From NCBI GenBank assembly GCA_963728745.1, contig CAVSKY010000006.1, positions 389,015 to 453,014 of the forward strand: a DNA stretch of 64,000 nucleotides. The letters are read 5' to 3'. The notes beneath the pieces were generated by a model. It worked only from the letters and a program-made list of their open reading frames with translations. It had not been told where the DNA came from and did no database searches. The translations under genes were made by a program, and so were the position numbers. Shown here piece after piece: positions 47,201 to 59,302 of this stretch. This stretch comes from an uncultured Chloroflexia bacterium. Lineage in GTDB: Bacteria > Chloroflexota > Limnocylindria > Limnocylindrales > CSP1-4. The number at the start of each line of letters is the position of its first letter. Positions within the stretch are counted from its first letter, which is position 1.

Positions 47201-48094
47201 TCAGGGCGCCGAGGCGGCTCCCAGCAGCCCGACTGCGGCGCAGTCGTCGGCGATCCGCTCGAGCAGTCCGGGGTCCGACACCGTCCCGAAGCCCTGCAGC
47301 ATCACCCGAGCGACCCCGACATCACGGAACGCCCGCAGTCGCTCCCGACGCGGTACCCCGGCTGGTGCATCCGGTCGCCCCCAGACGTGGACCGACACCC
47401 GCAGCGTCGACGGGTCGCGACCGATCTCCTCGCAGCGCGATGCGATGACCGGCATCGCCCGCTCGACCTCATCAGGCAGCATCGCATCGAGGTTCAGCTC
47501 GTCGGCGAAGCGCGCCGCGAGCCGCCACGTCACCTTCTGGCCGTTGCCGCCGATCAGTACCGGGATGCGGCCGCCAGCGGATTTGGGTTCATGGATCGCG
47601 TCGTCGACCGAGGCATGCCGGCCGGCCCACGTCGCGTGACCAGGTCCCAGCATCCGGCTGATGACCTCGAGATGATCGGCCAGGATGGCAAGTCGCTCCG
47701 GCGCGTCCGGGAACCCGTAGCCGTACGCCCGCCACTCGTCCTCCTTCCAGCCCGCACCGATGCCGAGCTCGGCACGGCCACCAGTGATCACGTCGAGCGT
47801 CGAGATCATCTTGGCCGTCAAGCCGGCGGGCCGATAGGCGGCGGCCAGAACCAGGTGCCCGAGCCGTGCGCGCGACGTCACGGCCGCGATCCCCGTCAGC
47901 TCGACGAACGGCTCGAAGACCGGCGCATCGACGAGCGGTGGATCGACCTGGAAGTGGTCGTACAGCCACAGCGACTCGAAGCCCAGTGTCTCGGCCCGCC
48001 GTGCCGCCTCGACGGTCCGCGCCCAGGCCGCGGGCCCGTCGAGGCCGAGGTACTCGCGATCGCAGCCCTGCGGCAGCGTGATCCCGACCTTCAC
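47201..48094 (-). CDS. LLM-class (luciferase-like) F420-dependent oxidoreductase
   Basis: The TIM-barrel LLM pattern (GFESLWLYDH..., GIGAGW) is present. The start is taken at GTG 48094 (VKVGITLP), overlapping the upstream stop as GTGA. Confidence 0.75.
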   Translation of the reverse strand: MKVGITLPQGCDREYLGLDGPAAWARTVEAARRAETLGFESLWLYDHFQVDPPLVDAPVFEPFVELTGIAAVTSRARLGHLVLAAAYRPAGLTAKMISTLDVITGGRAELGIGAGWKEDEWRAYGYGFPDAPERLAILADHLEVISRMLGPGHATWAGRHASVDDAIHEPKSAGGRIPVLIGGNGQKVTWRLAARFADELNLDAMLPDEVERAMPVIASRCEEIGRDPSTLRVSVHVWGRPDAPAGVPRRERLRAFRDVGVARVMLQGFGTVSDPGLLERIADDCAAVGLLGAASAP

Positions 48095-49133
48095 GAGGGG
48101 CCCGCCCACGGCCCATAGGCCGCGTCGATCCGATCGCGCACCTCGGCCACGATCGCGTCGTCGACCGCCCGCTCGTCCGCGATCGAGTGCCACAGCCCCG
48201 CCGATCGCACGAACTCTCCGAGTGAGCGCATCGCTGCCTCCGCATCGGCCCACGTCACGCCCATCGCTTCGGGCCGGATATCGACGCCGGCTCGCGCAAG
48301 CGCGGCGACCATCTCGTCTGCGCCGCTCGCGTGCATGACGGTTCCGAGGACGATCCCGAACCCGACCGGCTGGCCGTGGATGAAGTGCCGACCGGTCCGT
48401 CGCTCCAGGTTGTAGAAGAAGAAGTGCTCGACTCCCTCGATGTGGCGCGGGTTCCAGCCGGCGGCATGGAACGTCTGGCCGCCCCAGCGGTGGGCGTCCA
48501 TCAAGCTCCTGACACCTGCATCGGTTACGTCGTGGATGTCGTCGAGCGCCCCCAGGACGGCGTCGAGCCGGAGTCGTGCTTCAGCAACCAGCCGCTCGTC
48601 ATAGGGCCACTGGCGCTCCTCCTTCGCGACGTCACGCGTCAGCCGCCAGTCGAGGTGGGCGGTGTGGTAGCACAGGATGTCGCCGACACCGGCGCGGTTG
48701 AGGGACGCGGGCGCGCTCGAGATGATGTCGAAATCGACGTACACCGCTTCCGGGATCGCGTACCCGAGATAACGCACGAGACCGTCCCTCCGGAGTCCGG
48801 CGCGATGCCCGAACGGGGCGTTGACGGTCATGGCGGTGGGCACCTGGAACAACGGCAGCTGACGTCGCCAGGCCACGAACTTGGCGACATCCACGGCCTG
48901 CCCGCCGCCGAGCCCGATGACGCTGGCGCAGTCCGGCAGCCCCGACAGCGCTGCCTCGAGCTCCTCGACCTCAAGTGTCGTGACGCACTCGACGCCGGCC
49001 AGCCCAGGGCCGGAGAGCTGCGCCTCGAACAGCGGCCAGAGGTCCTCCATGGTGACCACGAGATATGGTCGATGGACGAACGCCGGGAGCTCGCCGACGA
49101 GGTTCCGGCCGTAGACGGTCGTGAAGCCCTCGG

Positions 49134-49137
<4 letters not shown>
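48091..49137 (-). CDS. Iron-containing alcohol dehydrogenase family (glycerol-1-phosphate/glycerol dehydrogenase-like)
   Basis: 348 aa with GLGGGQAVDVAKF (NAD site) and His-rich metal ligands (HTAHLDW, HRWGGQTFHAAG). Confidence 0.7.
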
Positions 49138-50648
<1,511 letters not shown>

Positions 50649-50723
50649 GGTGGGGGAGCGGGGACGCGGCGGAGGAGTGTGCCACGTCCCCGGACCCTGT
50701 TCCGACTCGGTGAGCCGGGTGAC

Positions 50724-51674
50724 CTAGAAGCCCTTGCCGAGCCACTCGTCGACGTTCGCGGCGTCGATCGTGTTCGTCGGCAGGACCCACGTCTTCTCGA
50801 CCGTCTCGCCCTTGAGCAACTTGGCTGCCGTCTGGCAAGCCTCGATCCCGGCGTTGTCGTACGTGAACGTCACGACGATCTCGCCGTCCTTGATCGCCTG
50901 GATCGCTTCGTTCTGGCCGTCGATCCCGACGACCTTGAACTCGTCGAGCCGATTGGCGGTCTTCAGCGCCGCCACGACGCCCAGCGCCATCGCGTCGTTG
51001 TGCGTGTACACGACGTCGACCTCGCCCGGCCCGTGCTTTTGGAGCAGGTCGTTCATCGCGGTCAGCGCGTTCTCGCGCTTGTAGTCGGCGACGACGCTGT
51101 CGACGATCTCGACCTTGGGGTCGTTGGCCGAGAGCCAGGCCACGAACTCGTCGTGACGATCGGTCGTCGCGGATGCGCCGGCCGTGCCCTGGATCTCGAT
51201 GACCTTGCCACCGTTGCCACCAAGGATCGTCTTGCTGACGTACTCGGCCGCTGTCCTGCCGATGAGTTTGTTATCGGCGCCGATGTGCTGGGTGACCTCG
51301 ACGTCGACGCTCCGGTCGAGCGTGATCACCGGGACCTTCTTCTCCAGCGCGCGCTTGGCGGCCTCTGTCAGGCCGGCCGCCGTGTTCGGCGTCAGCAGCA
51401 GCACGTTGACCGGCCGGCTGACGAACTCGTCGACATGACTCGACTGGACGGCGTCGTCGCCGAGCGCGTCCGAGACGAGTGTCTGGGCGACGGGATTGCA
51501 GTTCTCGGCGACCTTCCTGTTCTGGTTGGTCCGCCACTCGTCGCTGCCGTTTGCCTGCGAGAAGCCGATGACCTGCTTCTGGGATCCGCCACCCGGCTGT
51601 GCCTGGGAGCATGCACCGAGCACCGCGATCAACGCGATGACACCGACCACCCCAAGGGATCGCTTCAAAACCAT
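50724..51674 (-). CDS. Sugar ABC transporter periplasmic binding protein (RbsB/PBP1 type), lipoprotein
   Basis: Signal peptide and lipobox LGACS, with a PBP type I fold pattern. The start is placed at MVLKRSL. Confidence 0.75.
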   Translation of the reverse strand: MVLKRSLGVVGVIALIAVLGACSQAQPGGGSQKQVIGFSQANGSDEWRTNQNRKVAENCNPVAQTLVSDALGDDAVQSSHVDEFVSRPVNVLLLTPNTAAGLTEAAKRALEKKVPVITLDRSVDVEVTQHIGADNKLIGRTAAEYVSKTILGGNGGKVIEIQGTAGASATTDRHDEFVAWLSANDPKVEIVDSVVADYKRENALTAMNDLLQKHGPGEVDVVYTHNDAMALGVVAALKTANRLDEFKVVGIDGQNEAIQAIKDGEIVVTFTYDNAGIEACQTAAKLLKGETVEKTWVLPTNTIDAANVDEWLGKGF

Positions 51675-51797
51675 CCGACCGTTCCTCCTGCCTCGTTCCA
51701 CTCCTACGTCCACCGTTCCCGGATCTGGCTCGTCTCGGCGCGTCGCGCCGCCCTGACGGCAAGCGGTCACCCCGATCCACCTCCCTCGATCAAGGGC

Positions 51798-52850
51798 TCA
51801 CCTGCCTTCCTCCTGGCCTCTCGTCCGCCGTTCCAGGAGGACGGCGCCGAGGATGATCAAGCCCTTGGCGATGCGCTGCGAGAACGGCGGCACGCCAAGC
51901 AGGTTGAGCAGGTTGTTGACCGCGGCCACGATCCCGGCACCGACCAGCGTCCCGCCGATGCCGCCCGATCCGCCGAACAGGCTCGTGCCGCCGATGACGA
52001 CGATCGCGATCGCGTCGAGCTCGAAGCCCTCGCCCTGGGTCGCCTCCGCCGCGCCGAGCCGGGCCACCACGATCAACGCCGACACCGCCGCACACAGGCC
52101 GCTGATCACGTAGACGCTGAAGATCACGCGGCGCGTGGGGATACCCGACAGCCGCGCGGCCTCGGGGTTGTCGCCGACCGCGTACACCTGGCGTCCGAAT
52201 GTCGTGTACTTGAGCGTGAACCACGCGAGCGCGGCGATGCCGATGAACAGCACGAATGGCACCGGCAGCCAGAGGACCGAGCCCGTCCCGATCCACGAGA
52301 TGTCGGGCGCCGCCGCGCCGGCGCGGATCGGCTTCGCGTCCGAGAACGTCAGCGTCACGCCGCGGGCGATGACGAGCATGCCCAAGGTCATGATGAACGG
52401 CTGGATGCCGCCCCGGGTGATGCCGAGGCCGTTGATCGCGCCGACCACGGCCCCCAAGGCGAGTGCCAGCAGGACCGCCAGCGGCCAGGCCACGCCAGCG
52501 GCCAGCATCGCCGCATAGCCGATCGCCACGACCCCGAGGATCGAGCCGACCGACAGGTCGATGCCCGCGGTCAGGATCACGAACGTCATCCCGATGCCGA
52601 GGATCCCGGCGATGGATGCCTGGCGCGCGACGTTGGTGAAGTTCTCGAACGTCAGGAAGTGCTCGGACTGGAGTGCCCCGAGCGCGATCAGCAGGATGAA
52701 CGCGAGCAGGATCCCGCTGTTGCGCACGATCCGGGCCGCCCGCTCGCGGGCGGCCCGGGCTCGGCTCGCGCGAGTGACCGGGTCGACGGCGTCGGTCGCT
52801 GCGGGTCTGGCGTCGGTCACATCGGGTCCATCGCTCAACGGGCCGTCCAT
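51798..52850 (-). CDS. Sugar ABC transporter permease (RbsC/branched type)
   Basis: About 10 TM helices. The motif TAGIDLSVGSI is typical of RbsC-like permeases. Confidence 0.75.
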   Translation of the reverse strand: MDGPLSDGPDVTDARPAATDAVDPVTRASRARAARERAARIVRNSGILLAFILLIALGALQSEHFLTFENFTNVARQASIAGILGIGMTFVILTAGIDLSVGSILGVVAIGYAAMLAAGVAWPLAVLLALALGAVVGAINGLGITRGGIQPFIMTLGMLVIARGVTLTFSDAKPIRAGAAAPDISWIGTGSVLWLPVPFVLFIGIAALAWFTLKYTTFGRQVYAVGDNPEAARLSGIPTRRVIFSVYVISGLCAAVSALIVVARLGAAEATQGEGFELDAIAIVVIGGTSLFGGSGGIGGTLVGAGIVAAVNNLLNLLGVPPFSQRIAKGLIILGAVLLERRTRGQEEGR

Positions 52851-53605
52851 CCACCGTCGACCATGAGCGTCGCGCCGGTGATCAGGCTCGCCGCGGGCGA
52901 CGCGAGGAACACCACGGCGCCGGCGACGTCCATCGGCTCCCCGATCCGGTGGAGTGCGGCGATCCGTTCGCGCACGTCCGCCTCGAACTCCGGGTCGGCG
53001 AGCGCTTCGGCCGTCCCGTCGGTGCGGATGAAGGTCGGCGCGACGGCGTTGACCGTGATGCCGTGGCTACCCCACTCGACGGCGAGGCACTTCGTGAGGT
53101 GCGCGACGGCGGCCTTCGAGGCGCAGTAGATCGCCTCGGAGGGCAGGGCGATGAAGCCCGCTTGCGAGCTGAGGTTGACGATCCGACCCGAGCCCTGCCG
53201 GATCATCACGCGTCCGACCGCCTGACTCGTGAAGAACAGGCCCTTCACGTTGACGTCCATCGTCAGGTCGAAGTCGGCCTCGGTGACCTCCTCGGCGAGG
53301 TTGCTCGGCCCGAGGCCCGCGTTGTTGACGAGGATGTCCAGTCGACCGAACCGCTCGACGACGGCATCGACTGCAGGGCCGATCTGGGTGAGGTCGGTGA
53401 CATCCAGCTCGACGGCGAGTGCCTGGCGGCCCATCGACTCGATCTCGCGGACGAGGTCGTCGGCCGTCCCCGACCGGCGCAAACCGAGCGCGACATCCGC
53501 GCCGGCGTCAGCCAGCGCGAGGGCGATCGCGCGGCCGAGGCCACGCGCTGCGCCGGTCACGAGTGCCACGTGCCCGTCGAGCGTGAAGCTCGGGAAGTCC
53601 GGCAC
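52835..53605 (-). CDS. SDR-family oxidoreductase
   Basis: GAGGAGGA RBS then GTG at 53605. TGAARGLG (NAD site), NNAG and the catalytic YCASK are present. Confidence 0.8.
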   Translation of the reverse strand: MPDFPSFTLDGHVALVTGAARGLGRAIALALADAGADVALGLRRSGTADDLVREIESMGRQALAVELDVTDLTQIGPAVDAVVERFGRLDILVNNAGLGPSNLAEEVTEADFDLTMDVNVKGLFFTSQAVGRVMIRQGSGRIVNLSSQAGFIALPSEAIYCASKAAVAHLTKCLAVEWGSHGITVNAVAPTFIRTDGTAEALADPEFEADVRERIAALHRIGEPMDVAGAVVFLASPAASLITGATLMVDGGWTAR

Positions 53606-53628
53606 CGTTCCTCCTCTCGGCCGATGGC

Positions 53629-53681
53629 TCAACGCTTAGGCTTATCGATGGCGCTTAACGTTTGCGCTTGACGCTAAGCGT
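53629..53681. promoter_or_regulatory. Candidate LacI-family operator(s): AACGCTTAGG / perfect palindrome ACGCTAAGCGT (53671-53681) in the SDR/LacI divergent region
   Basis: An 11-bp perfect palindrome plus related half-sites (GCGCTTAACG, GCGCTTGACG) within 110 bp of both starts. Confidence 0.3.
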
Positions 53682-53743
53682 GCGGAGGATATACTCCGCC
53701 CGAACGGCGAGTCAAGAGGGTTTCGGGAGGCCAACGAAGACTG

Positions 53744-54793
53744 GTGGACACGCCCAGGTCCAGCCAAGCGACGGTCACGCTGCGGGACGTCGCCCACGGC
53801 TCGGGCGTCTCGATCACCACCGTTTCGCGGATCCTGAATGGGCGCGAATCAGGGATCCCCATCCGCGAGGAAACGCGTCAGCGCGTCTTGGCCGTCGCCG
53901 CCGAGCTGGGTTACAAGCCGAACCTCCTCGCGCGTGGCTTGCGCGGCAGCAAGAGTTCGTTGCTCGGCGTGATCGCCCGCGACATCTCGGACCCATTCCA
54001 CATCCAGATCTTGCGCGGCATCAACGACGCATCGCGTGCCCGTGACTACCGACTGTTCCTGGGTCACGTCGACTACCGACCCGATGTCGCTCTGTCCTAC
54101 AGCTCGATGTTCGAGAGCTCGCACGCCGACGGCATCATCGTGATCGGAGACATCGAGGGCGGTGACGACACCTTCGACCAGCTCGCCCAACAACACCGCT
54201 ACGTGATCGGGGTCACCGACCGTACGACCCGCCGCCAGATCCCCGGCGTGTACGCCGATGGCGTCGCTGGCACGCAGCTCGCGATGGAGCATCTGTGGGA
54301 GCTCGGCCACCGCTGGATCCAGTGCGTGTCGGACAGCCGGACGTACGACGGACGCCAACGGATCGACCTGTACGAGCGGTTCATGAAGGAACGCGGCATG
54401 GCCGACCGGATCGGCGTCTTCATCACCGACCAGGATCCGGGGCCTGCACTCGAGCTCGGTCGGCGGATGTTCGGGGACTGGACCGACGGTCATCCGACCG
54501 CGATCTACGCGACCTCGGACACGACCGCGATCGGCCTCATGCAGGCCGCGTACGAGGCCGGCATCCGCATCCCGGAAAACCTGTCGATCGTCGGCTTCGA
54601 CGACATCGATGTCGCCGCCTTCACGATCCCGCCGCTCACCACTATCAGCCAGGGCGGGGTCGAGATGGGCCGGGTCGCGGCCGAACTCCTGTTCGAGATG
54701 ATCGACCACGGACGGCACCGATCCGAGGTGTCCGATGTGGTCCTCGAGCCGAGGCTCGTCGTGCGCCGGTCCGCGATCCGGGTGGACGCCTAG
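53744..54793 (+). CDS. LacI-family transcriptional regulator
   Basis: The N-terminal HTH is [23 protein letters not shown]. The C-terminal part is a periplasmic-binding-protein-like domain. Confidence 0.8.
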   Translation: MDTPRSSQATVTLRDVAHGSGVSITTVSRILNGRESGIPIREETRQRVLAVAAELGYKPNLLARGLRGSKSSLLGVIARDISDPFHIQILRGINDASRARDYRLFLGHVDYRPDVALSYSSMFESSHADGIIVIGDIEGGDDTFDQLAQQHRYVIGVTDRTTRRQIPGVYADGVAGTQLAMEHLWELGHRWIQCVSDSRTYDGRQRIDLYERFMKERGMADRIGVFITDQDPGPALELGRRMFGDWTDGHPTAIYATSDTTAIGLMQAAYEAGIRIPENLSIVGFDDIDVAAFTIPPLTTISQGGVEMGRVAAELLFEMIDHGRHRSEVSDVVLEPRLVVRRSAIRVDA

Positions 54794-56496
54794 CCGGCGA
54801 GCACCGGCAGTCGCGATCCGGGCGGCGCTGACACGCCGTGGCGGTAGAACTCCAGGGGCTCGGGCGGCAGCGGTGTGTCGCCCTTGATCAGGTCCGCTGC
54901 CTTTTCGGCGAGCATCATCACGGGCGCATAGATATTGGCGTTGGTGACGTATGGCATCGCCGACGCGTCGACGACGCGGAGGCCGTCGACGCCGTGGACG
55001 CGCATGGTCAGCGGGTCGAGGACGGACAGGTCATCGACGCCCATGCGCGCGGTGCACGACGGATGCAGGGCGGTCTCGGCGTCGCGCGCGACCCAGTCGA
55101 GGATCTGCTCTGGGGTCTCGACGGCCGAGCCGGGCGACGTCTCACCGCCGTCGAACTCGTCCATCGCCGGTTGACCAAGGATGTGTCGGGCGACCTGGAT
55201 CGCCTCGACCCATTCGCGCCGGTCCTCGTCGGTCGAGACGTAGTTGAAGCGCAGCGCCGGGTGCTCGCGTGGGTCGCGGCTCTTGAGCGTGAGCGTGCCT
55301 CGCGCGTCCGAGTACATCGGCCCGACGTGGACCTGATAGCCGTGGCCCTTGGCGCCGGCCGACCCGTCGTAGCGGATGGCGAGCGGCAGGAAATGGAACA
55401 TGAGATTCGGATACATGACGTCCTCGTTCGACCGGACGAACCCGCCGCCCTCGAAGTGGTTGGTGGCACCCGGCCCTGATCGAAGGAACATCCACTGCGC
55501 CCCGATGAACGGCCGGCGCCAGCGCTGCGTCGCAGACGGCTGCATCGAGACGGGCTTGACACTCTGGTGCTGGATGTAGACCTCGAGGTGATCCTGCAGG
55601 TTCTGACCGACGCCGGGCAGGTCGGCAGCCAGGTTGATCTCGTGCTCACGGAGGTGGTCGGCCGGACCGATGCCCGACAGCATCAGGAGTTGTGGGCTGT
55701 TGATGGCGCCGCCCGCGAGGATGACCTCGCCGCCCAGGATGTGTTCCGGTACGTCGCGTCCCTGGACCTGCCGCAGGATCTCGACACCGATCGCGCGGCG
55801 ATCCTGGACGAGGACGCGGCTCACGAACCGCCGGGTCCAGACCGACAGGTTGGCTCGTCGCCGAAGGATCGGGTGGAGGTATGCGCGCGACGCGCTCAGC
55901 CGGCGGCCGCGGTGGATGTTGCGGTCGAACGCGGCGAAGCCCTCCTGGCGGTAGCCGTTGACGTCTTCGGTCAGCGGGTAGCCGGCCTCCTGCGCGGCGG
56001 CAAAGAAGGCCGTGAACAACGGGCTCGACGCGGGGCCGCGCTCCAGGACCAGCGGGCCGTGGTGCCCGCGCCACGGATCGTCGGGCGTCGCCGCCAGGGC
56101 CGTCTCCATCTTCTTGAAGTACGGCAGACAGTGGGCGAAGTCCCAGCTGTCCATGCCGGGGTCGGACGCCCAGCGCTCGTAGTCGAGCGGGTTGCCGCGC
56201 TGGAAGATCTGGCCGTTGATGCTGCTGCTGCCGCCGAGGACCTTGCCGCGCGCGTGGTAGATCCGCCGACCGTGCATGGATGGCTCGGGTTCTGACTCGT
56301 ACTTCCAGTCGTAGAGCGAGCTCCCGATCGGGAACGTCAGCGCCGCGGGCATGTGGATGAACGGGTCGATGCGCCAGTCGGACCGGCCGGCCTCCAGGAC
56401 CAGCACGCGCGTGGCAGGGTCCTCGGTCAGCCGGTTGGCCAGCACCGAGCCGGCTGAACCGCCGCCCACGATGATGTAGTCGAACTGCCGGGCCAT
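54790..56496 (-). CDS. GMC-family oxidoreductase (choline dehydrogenase-like)
   Basis: [19 protein letters not shown] is the FAD site. The GMC signatures and a C-terminal His/Asn catalytic pair are present. 568 aa. Confidence 0.85.
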   Translation of the reverse strand: MARQFDYIIVGGGSAGSVLANRLTEDPATRVLVLEAGRSDWRIDPFIHMPAALTFPIGSSLYDWKYESEPEPSMHGRRIYHARGKVLGGSSSINGQIFQRGNPLDYERWASDPGMDSWDFAHCLPYFKKMETALAATPDDPWRGHHGPLVLERGPASSPLFTAFFAAAQEAGYPLTEDVNGYRQEGFAAFDRNIHRGRRLSASRAYLHPILRRRANLSVWTRRFVSRVLVQDRRAIGVEILRQVQGRDVPEHILGGEVILAGGAINSPQLLMLSGIGPADHLREHEINLAADLPGVGQNLQDHLEVYIQHQSVKPVSMQPSATQRWRRPFIGAQWMFLRSGPGATNHFEGGGFVRSNEDVMYPNLMFHFLPLAIRYDGSAGAKGHGYQVHVGPMYSDARGTLTLKSRDPREHPALRFNYVSTDEDRREWVEAIQVARHILGQPAMDEFDGGETSPGSAVETPEQILDWVARDAETALHPSCTARMGVDDLSVLDPLTMRVHGVDGLRVVDASAMPYVTNANIYAPVMMLAEKAADLIKGDTPLPPEPLEFYRHGVSAPPGSRLPVLAG

Positions 56497-56529
56497 GGTG
56501 GCGGCGATGCTAGCGCCGCGGCGTGTCGC

Positions 56530-56964
56530 TCACCTGGGCGTTGCGGATCCTCGACGCGCGTCCTCTCCAGAGATGCCGCGCGCGGCGAGCGCCGCGGTGA
56601 AGCCCTCGGGGTCCGCGACGGTCACGTAGAGCGCCGGCACGCGGAAGAAGCGCATCGTCCTGACCCGCTCACGGAAGTCGACCCGCACGCCACCGCGATG
56701 GCTCCCCCCGAATGTGACATCGCCATGCCGCACGCTCATCCGGATGCCGATCGCGGTGATCCACAGCCACGGCCCCTCGATGCGCCACGACACGACGTTC
56801 GTCAGCGGTGTTCGCAGATGAGCGAAGCCGAACCGGGCCTCGAGCTCTTCGCCGAGATCCACGTATGCCGTCTCGGGTCGGACCCTGAAGAAGATCCGAA
56901 GGAGGAGACGGGAACGCCGACCGATCTCGATCGGGAACCGACGAACGTCAGGCCGCGACGTCAT
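56530..56964 (-). CDS. Hypothetical protein (144 aa)
   Basis: Third gene of an overlapping operon, with a 17-nt overlap on the phosphoesterase gene. No recognisable motif. Confidence 0.4.
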   Translation of the reverse strand: MTSRPDVRRFPIEIGRRSRLLLRIFFRVRPETAYVDLGEELEARFGFAHLRTPLTNVVSWRIEGPWLWITAIGIRMSVRHGDVTFGGSHRGGVRVDFRERVRTMRFFRVPALYVTVADPEGFTAALAARGISGEDARRGSATPR

Positions 56965-57658
56965 CGGTCACAACCTCTGGCGGGACCAGCTCCACGAGGA
57001 TCGAACCGGTGACGTTCGCGACCGTCGACGGCCCGAAGGCGTCGCGCCAGTCGACGACACTCGCGGGAGTCGTGTGGCCGTGCAGCCAGAGCGGCGGCTT
57101 CAGTCGCTGCAGCAGCCAGCGATAAGCGCCATACCCGACGTGGTACGGGTCCGCCGCCGCGTCACCGACGCCGCGTGGCGGGGCGTGGCTCACGACCAGC
57201 ACCGGCGCCGATCGACCGCCCAGGCGGCGCCGCAACAGGCCGGCCTCGGCACGGATGACATCGAGCCATGCGCGCCATTCATCGCGCATCGCTTCGTCGT
57301 GCTCCAGACCGGGCCATTCGAACGGGACGACCGTGATGCCGCCGACGTCGATCGGCTGGCCGCTCGGCAGGGGATGTGGCGCATGGACGAGGGTCTCTGC
57401 CCAGTGACCGCCGCGATCGTGGTTGCCGCGCACGTACACCACGGGTGCACCGAACGCATCGGCGAGGAAGCCGAGGTAGCTCGGCTCGAGGTCGCCGCAT
57501 CCGACGATCGCGTCGATCCGACCGAGCGCTTCGCGGTTCACGGCGTGGTCGAGCGCGGGATCGACTGCATCGGACACCGCCAGGAGTCGGATCGGCGTGC
57601 CGTTGCGAGCGTCGAACGGCCGGCGGTCCGGCCAGGTCACGGTCAGCCGCCGCGTCAC
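56948..57658 (-). CDS. Calcineurin-like metallophosphoesterase
   Basis: Motifs LLAVSDAV(D), GCGDLE, VRGNHD, VVSHAPP and LHGHT. Confidence 0.7.
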   Translation of the reverse strand: MTRRLTVTWPDRRPFDARNGTPIRLLAVSDAVDPALDHAVNREALGRIDAIVGCGDLEPSYLGFLADAFGAPVVYVRGNHDRGGHWAETLVHAPHPLPSGQPIDVGGITVVPFEWPGLEHDEAMRDEWRAWLDVIRAEAGLLRRRLGGRSAPVLVVSHAPPRGVGDAAADPYHVGYGAYRWLLQRLKPPLWLHGHTTPASVVDWRDAFGPSTVANVTGSILVELVPPEVVTDDVAA

Positions 57659-58425
57659 GATCCGTCGTCCTGGGGCAGGTGGTCGATCCTGTCCTCGTGC
57701 GACAGCGCGTCGCTTGGTCGTTGCCCGCTGCCGGCCGTCCGCACGGCGCGCGACCCGCCGATCGTCGGGGCGAGGGAGACGATCGGCTCCGTCCGTCGCC
57801 CGCCGGGCGGCACGAGCTCGGTGATCGTCGCGTCGATCTCGGGCTGCCCGTGATACAGGGCCAGCGCCACGCGGTTGTGGCCATCGACCACCCAGAACCT
57901 GTCGCCGTACTTGACGACCTCGATGGGCGGCAGGATCGCCAGGTCGTCCTGGGCACGGTTCAGCCGCTGCCAGCGGCCTGCCCAGTTCTTGCCGCGGAAC
58001 GACTTGAGCGGCAGGAAGTCACCGCCGCGCTGATCCCCGCCACCGACCGCGGTGCCGGCGATCTCGTCGACCGGGATGGTCCGCAGCCCGACCTGCGCGG
58101 GGAGCGCCGTCCGGGCGTCCGGATGGACGGTGTTCAGGTACTCGAGCGGCGCGGCCCCCATACGCCGGACGCGCCGGACACGCGCGCCCGGTCGCTCCGA
58201 GAACGAACGCCCGGCATCCTCGACGGCCTGGCCGAGCCGCTCGACGATGGGTTCGGCCGCGTGCGCCGCGGCGGCCACCCCGGTCCAGATCGTGTCGAGC
58301 GCCTCGCGGGCAGGTCTCGCCACGCGCTCCATTGCGCCGGCTCGTTCGTCCGTCTCGCGTGGTTCGGGCGATACGTTCGCATCGCGTCGTTCGTGGTCGG
58401 TCATCGCACGAAGAGTGTGCCCCAT
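57655..58425 (-). CDS. ParB/sulfiredoxin-fold (ParB-like nuclease domain) protein
   Basis: LRTIPVDEI...ILPPIEVVKYGDRFWVVDGHNRVALA resembles the ParB N-terminal/Srx fold, with a DGHxR-like motif. The N-terminal roughly 90 aa are low-complexity, so the true start may be internal. Confidence 0.45.
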   Translation of the reverse strand: MGHTLRAMTDHERRDANVSPEPRETDERAGAMERVARPAREALDTIWTGVAAAAHAAEPIVERLGQAVEDAGRSFSERPGARVRRVRRMGAAPLEYLNTVHPDARTALPAQVGLRTIPVDEIAGTAVGGGDQRGGDFLPLKSFRGKNWAGRWQRLNRAQDDLAILPPIEVVKYGDRFWVVDGHNRVALALYHGQPEIDATITELVPPGGRRTEPIVSLAPTIGGSRAVRTAGSGQRPSDALSHEDRIDHLPQDDGS

Positions 58426-58528
58426 CCCGACGCCGAGGCCGTTCGACGGGTTCGAGTGCTACCAGCCGAGCGGTAGCATCAGGGCCGGCGGGTGCGCGCG
58501 ACCTCGCCCGGAGGTGGAGGACTGACCG

Positions 58529-59098
58529 ATGGCGATCGGCATGGCCGCGACGGCCGAGCTCGCGCGATGGTGGTGGACGTTCATCCTGCGCGGGGTGCTC
58601 GCGATCCTCTTCGGGGTCATCGCGTTCATCTCGCCGCCAGCGACGATCGCGGCGTTGGTACTGCTGTTCGGGGCGTGGGCCCTGGTCGACGGCGTCTTCG
58701 ACATCGCCGCGGCATTGATGCATCGGACGATGGACCGGTCGTGGTGGCTGACGATCCTCGAGGGCGTCATCGGGATCATCGTCGGCGTACTTGCCCTGCT
58801 GTTCCCCGACCTCGCCGCGGCCTCGCTGCTCCTGCTGATCTCCGCCTGGTCGATCGTGACCGGCGTGATCGAGATCTTCCTCGCGATACGGCTCCGTGAA
58901 CAGATCACCGGAGAACTGTGGCTAGCGATCGCGGGCATCCTGTCGATCGTCTTCGGCGTGCTGCTGTTCCTGTTCCCGGCGGCCGGCGCACTCACGATCG
59001 TGTGGATCATCGGCGCGTTCGCGATCGCGTTCGGGATCTCGATGATCATCCTGGGCTGGCGCCTGCGCGGGATCCACCGGCGGATGCAGACCGCCTAG
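58529..59098 (+). CDS. HdeD-family (DUF308) membrane protein
   Basis: Six TM helices with the repeated GxxxIxxGxxL pattern (ILFGVIAF..., [13 protein letters not shown]...). Confidence 0.7.
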   Translation: MAIGMAATAELARWWWTFILRGVLAILFGVIAFISPPATIAALVLLFGAWALVDGVFDIAAALMHRTMDRSWWLTILEGVIGIIVGVLALLFPDLAAASLLLLISAWSIVTGVIEIFLAIRLREQITGELWLAIAGILSIVFGVLLFLFPAAGALTIVWIIGAFAIAFGISMIILGWRLRGIHRRMQTA

Positions 59099-59114
59099 CG
59101 ACGAAGGAAGGAAC

Positions 59115-59191
<77 letters not shown>

Positions 59192-59302
59192 ACCGAATGC
59201 TCGTTTGACAGAGCCTGCGGATGATAGCAAAGAGCCCGGCAAGGCGGCCATAGCCACCTCGCCGGGCAAGAAGGCGTCACCCCCAGTGACGCGTAGCGTT
59301 GC

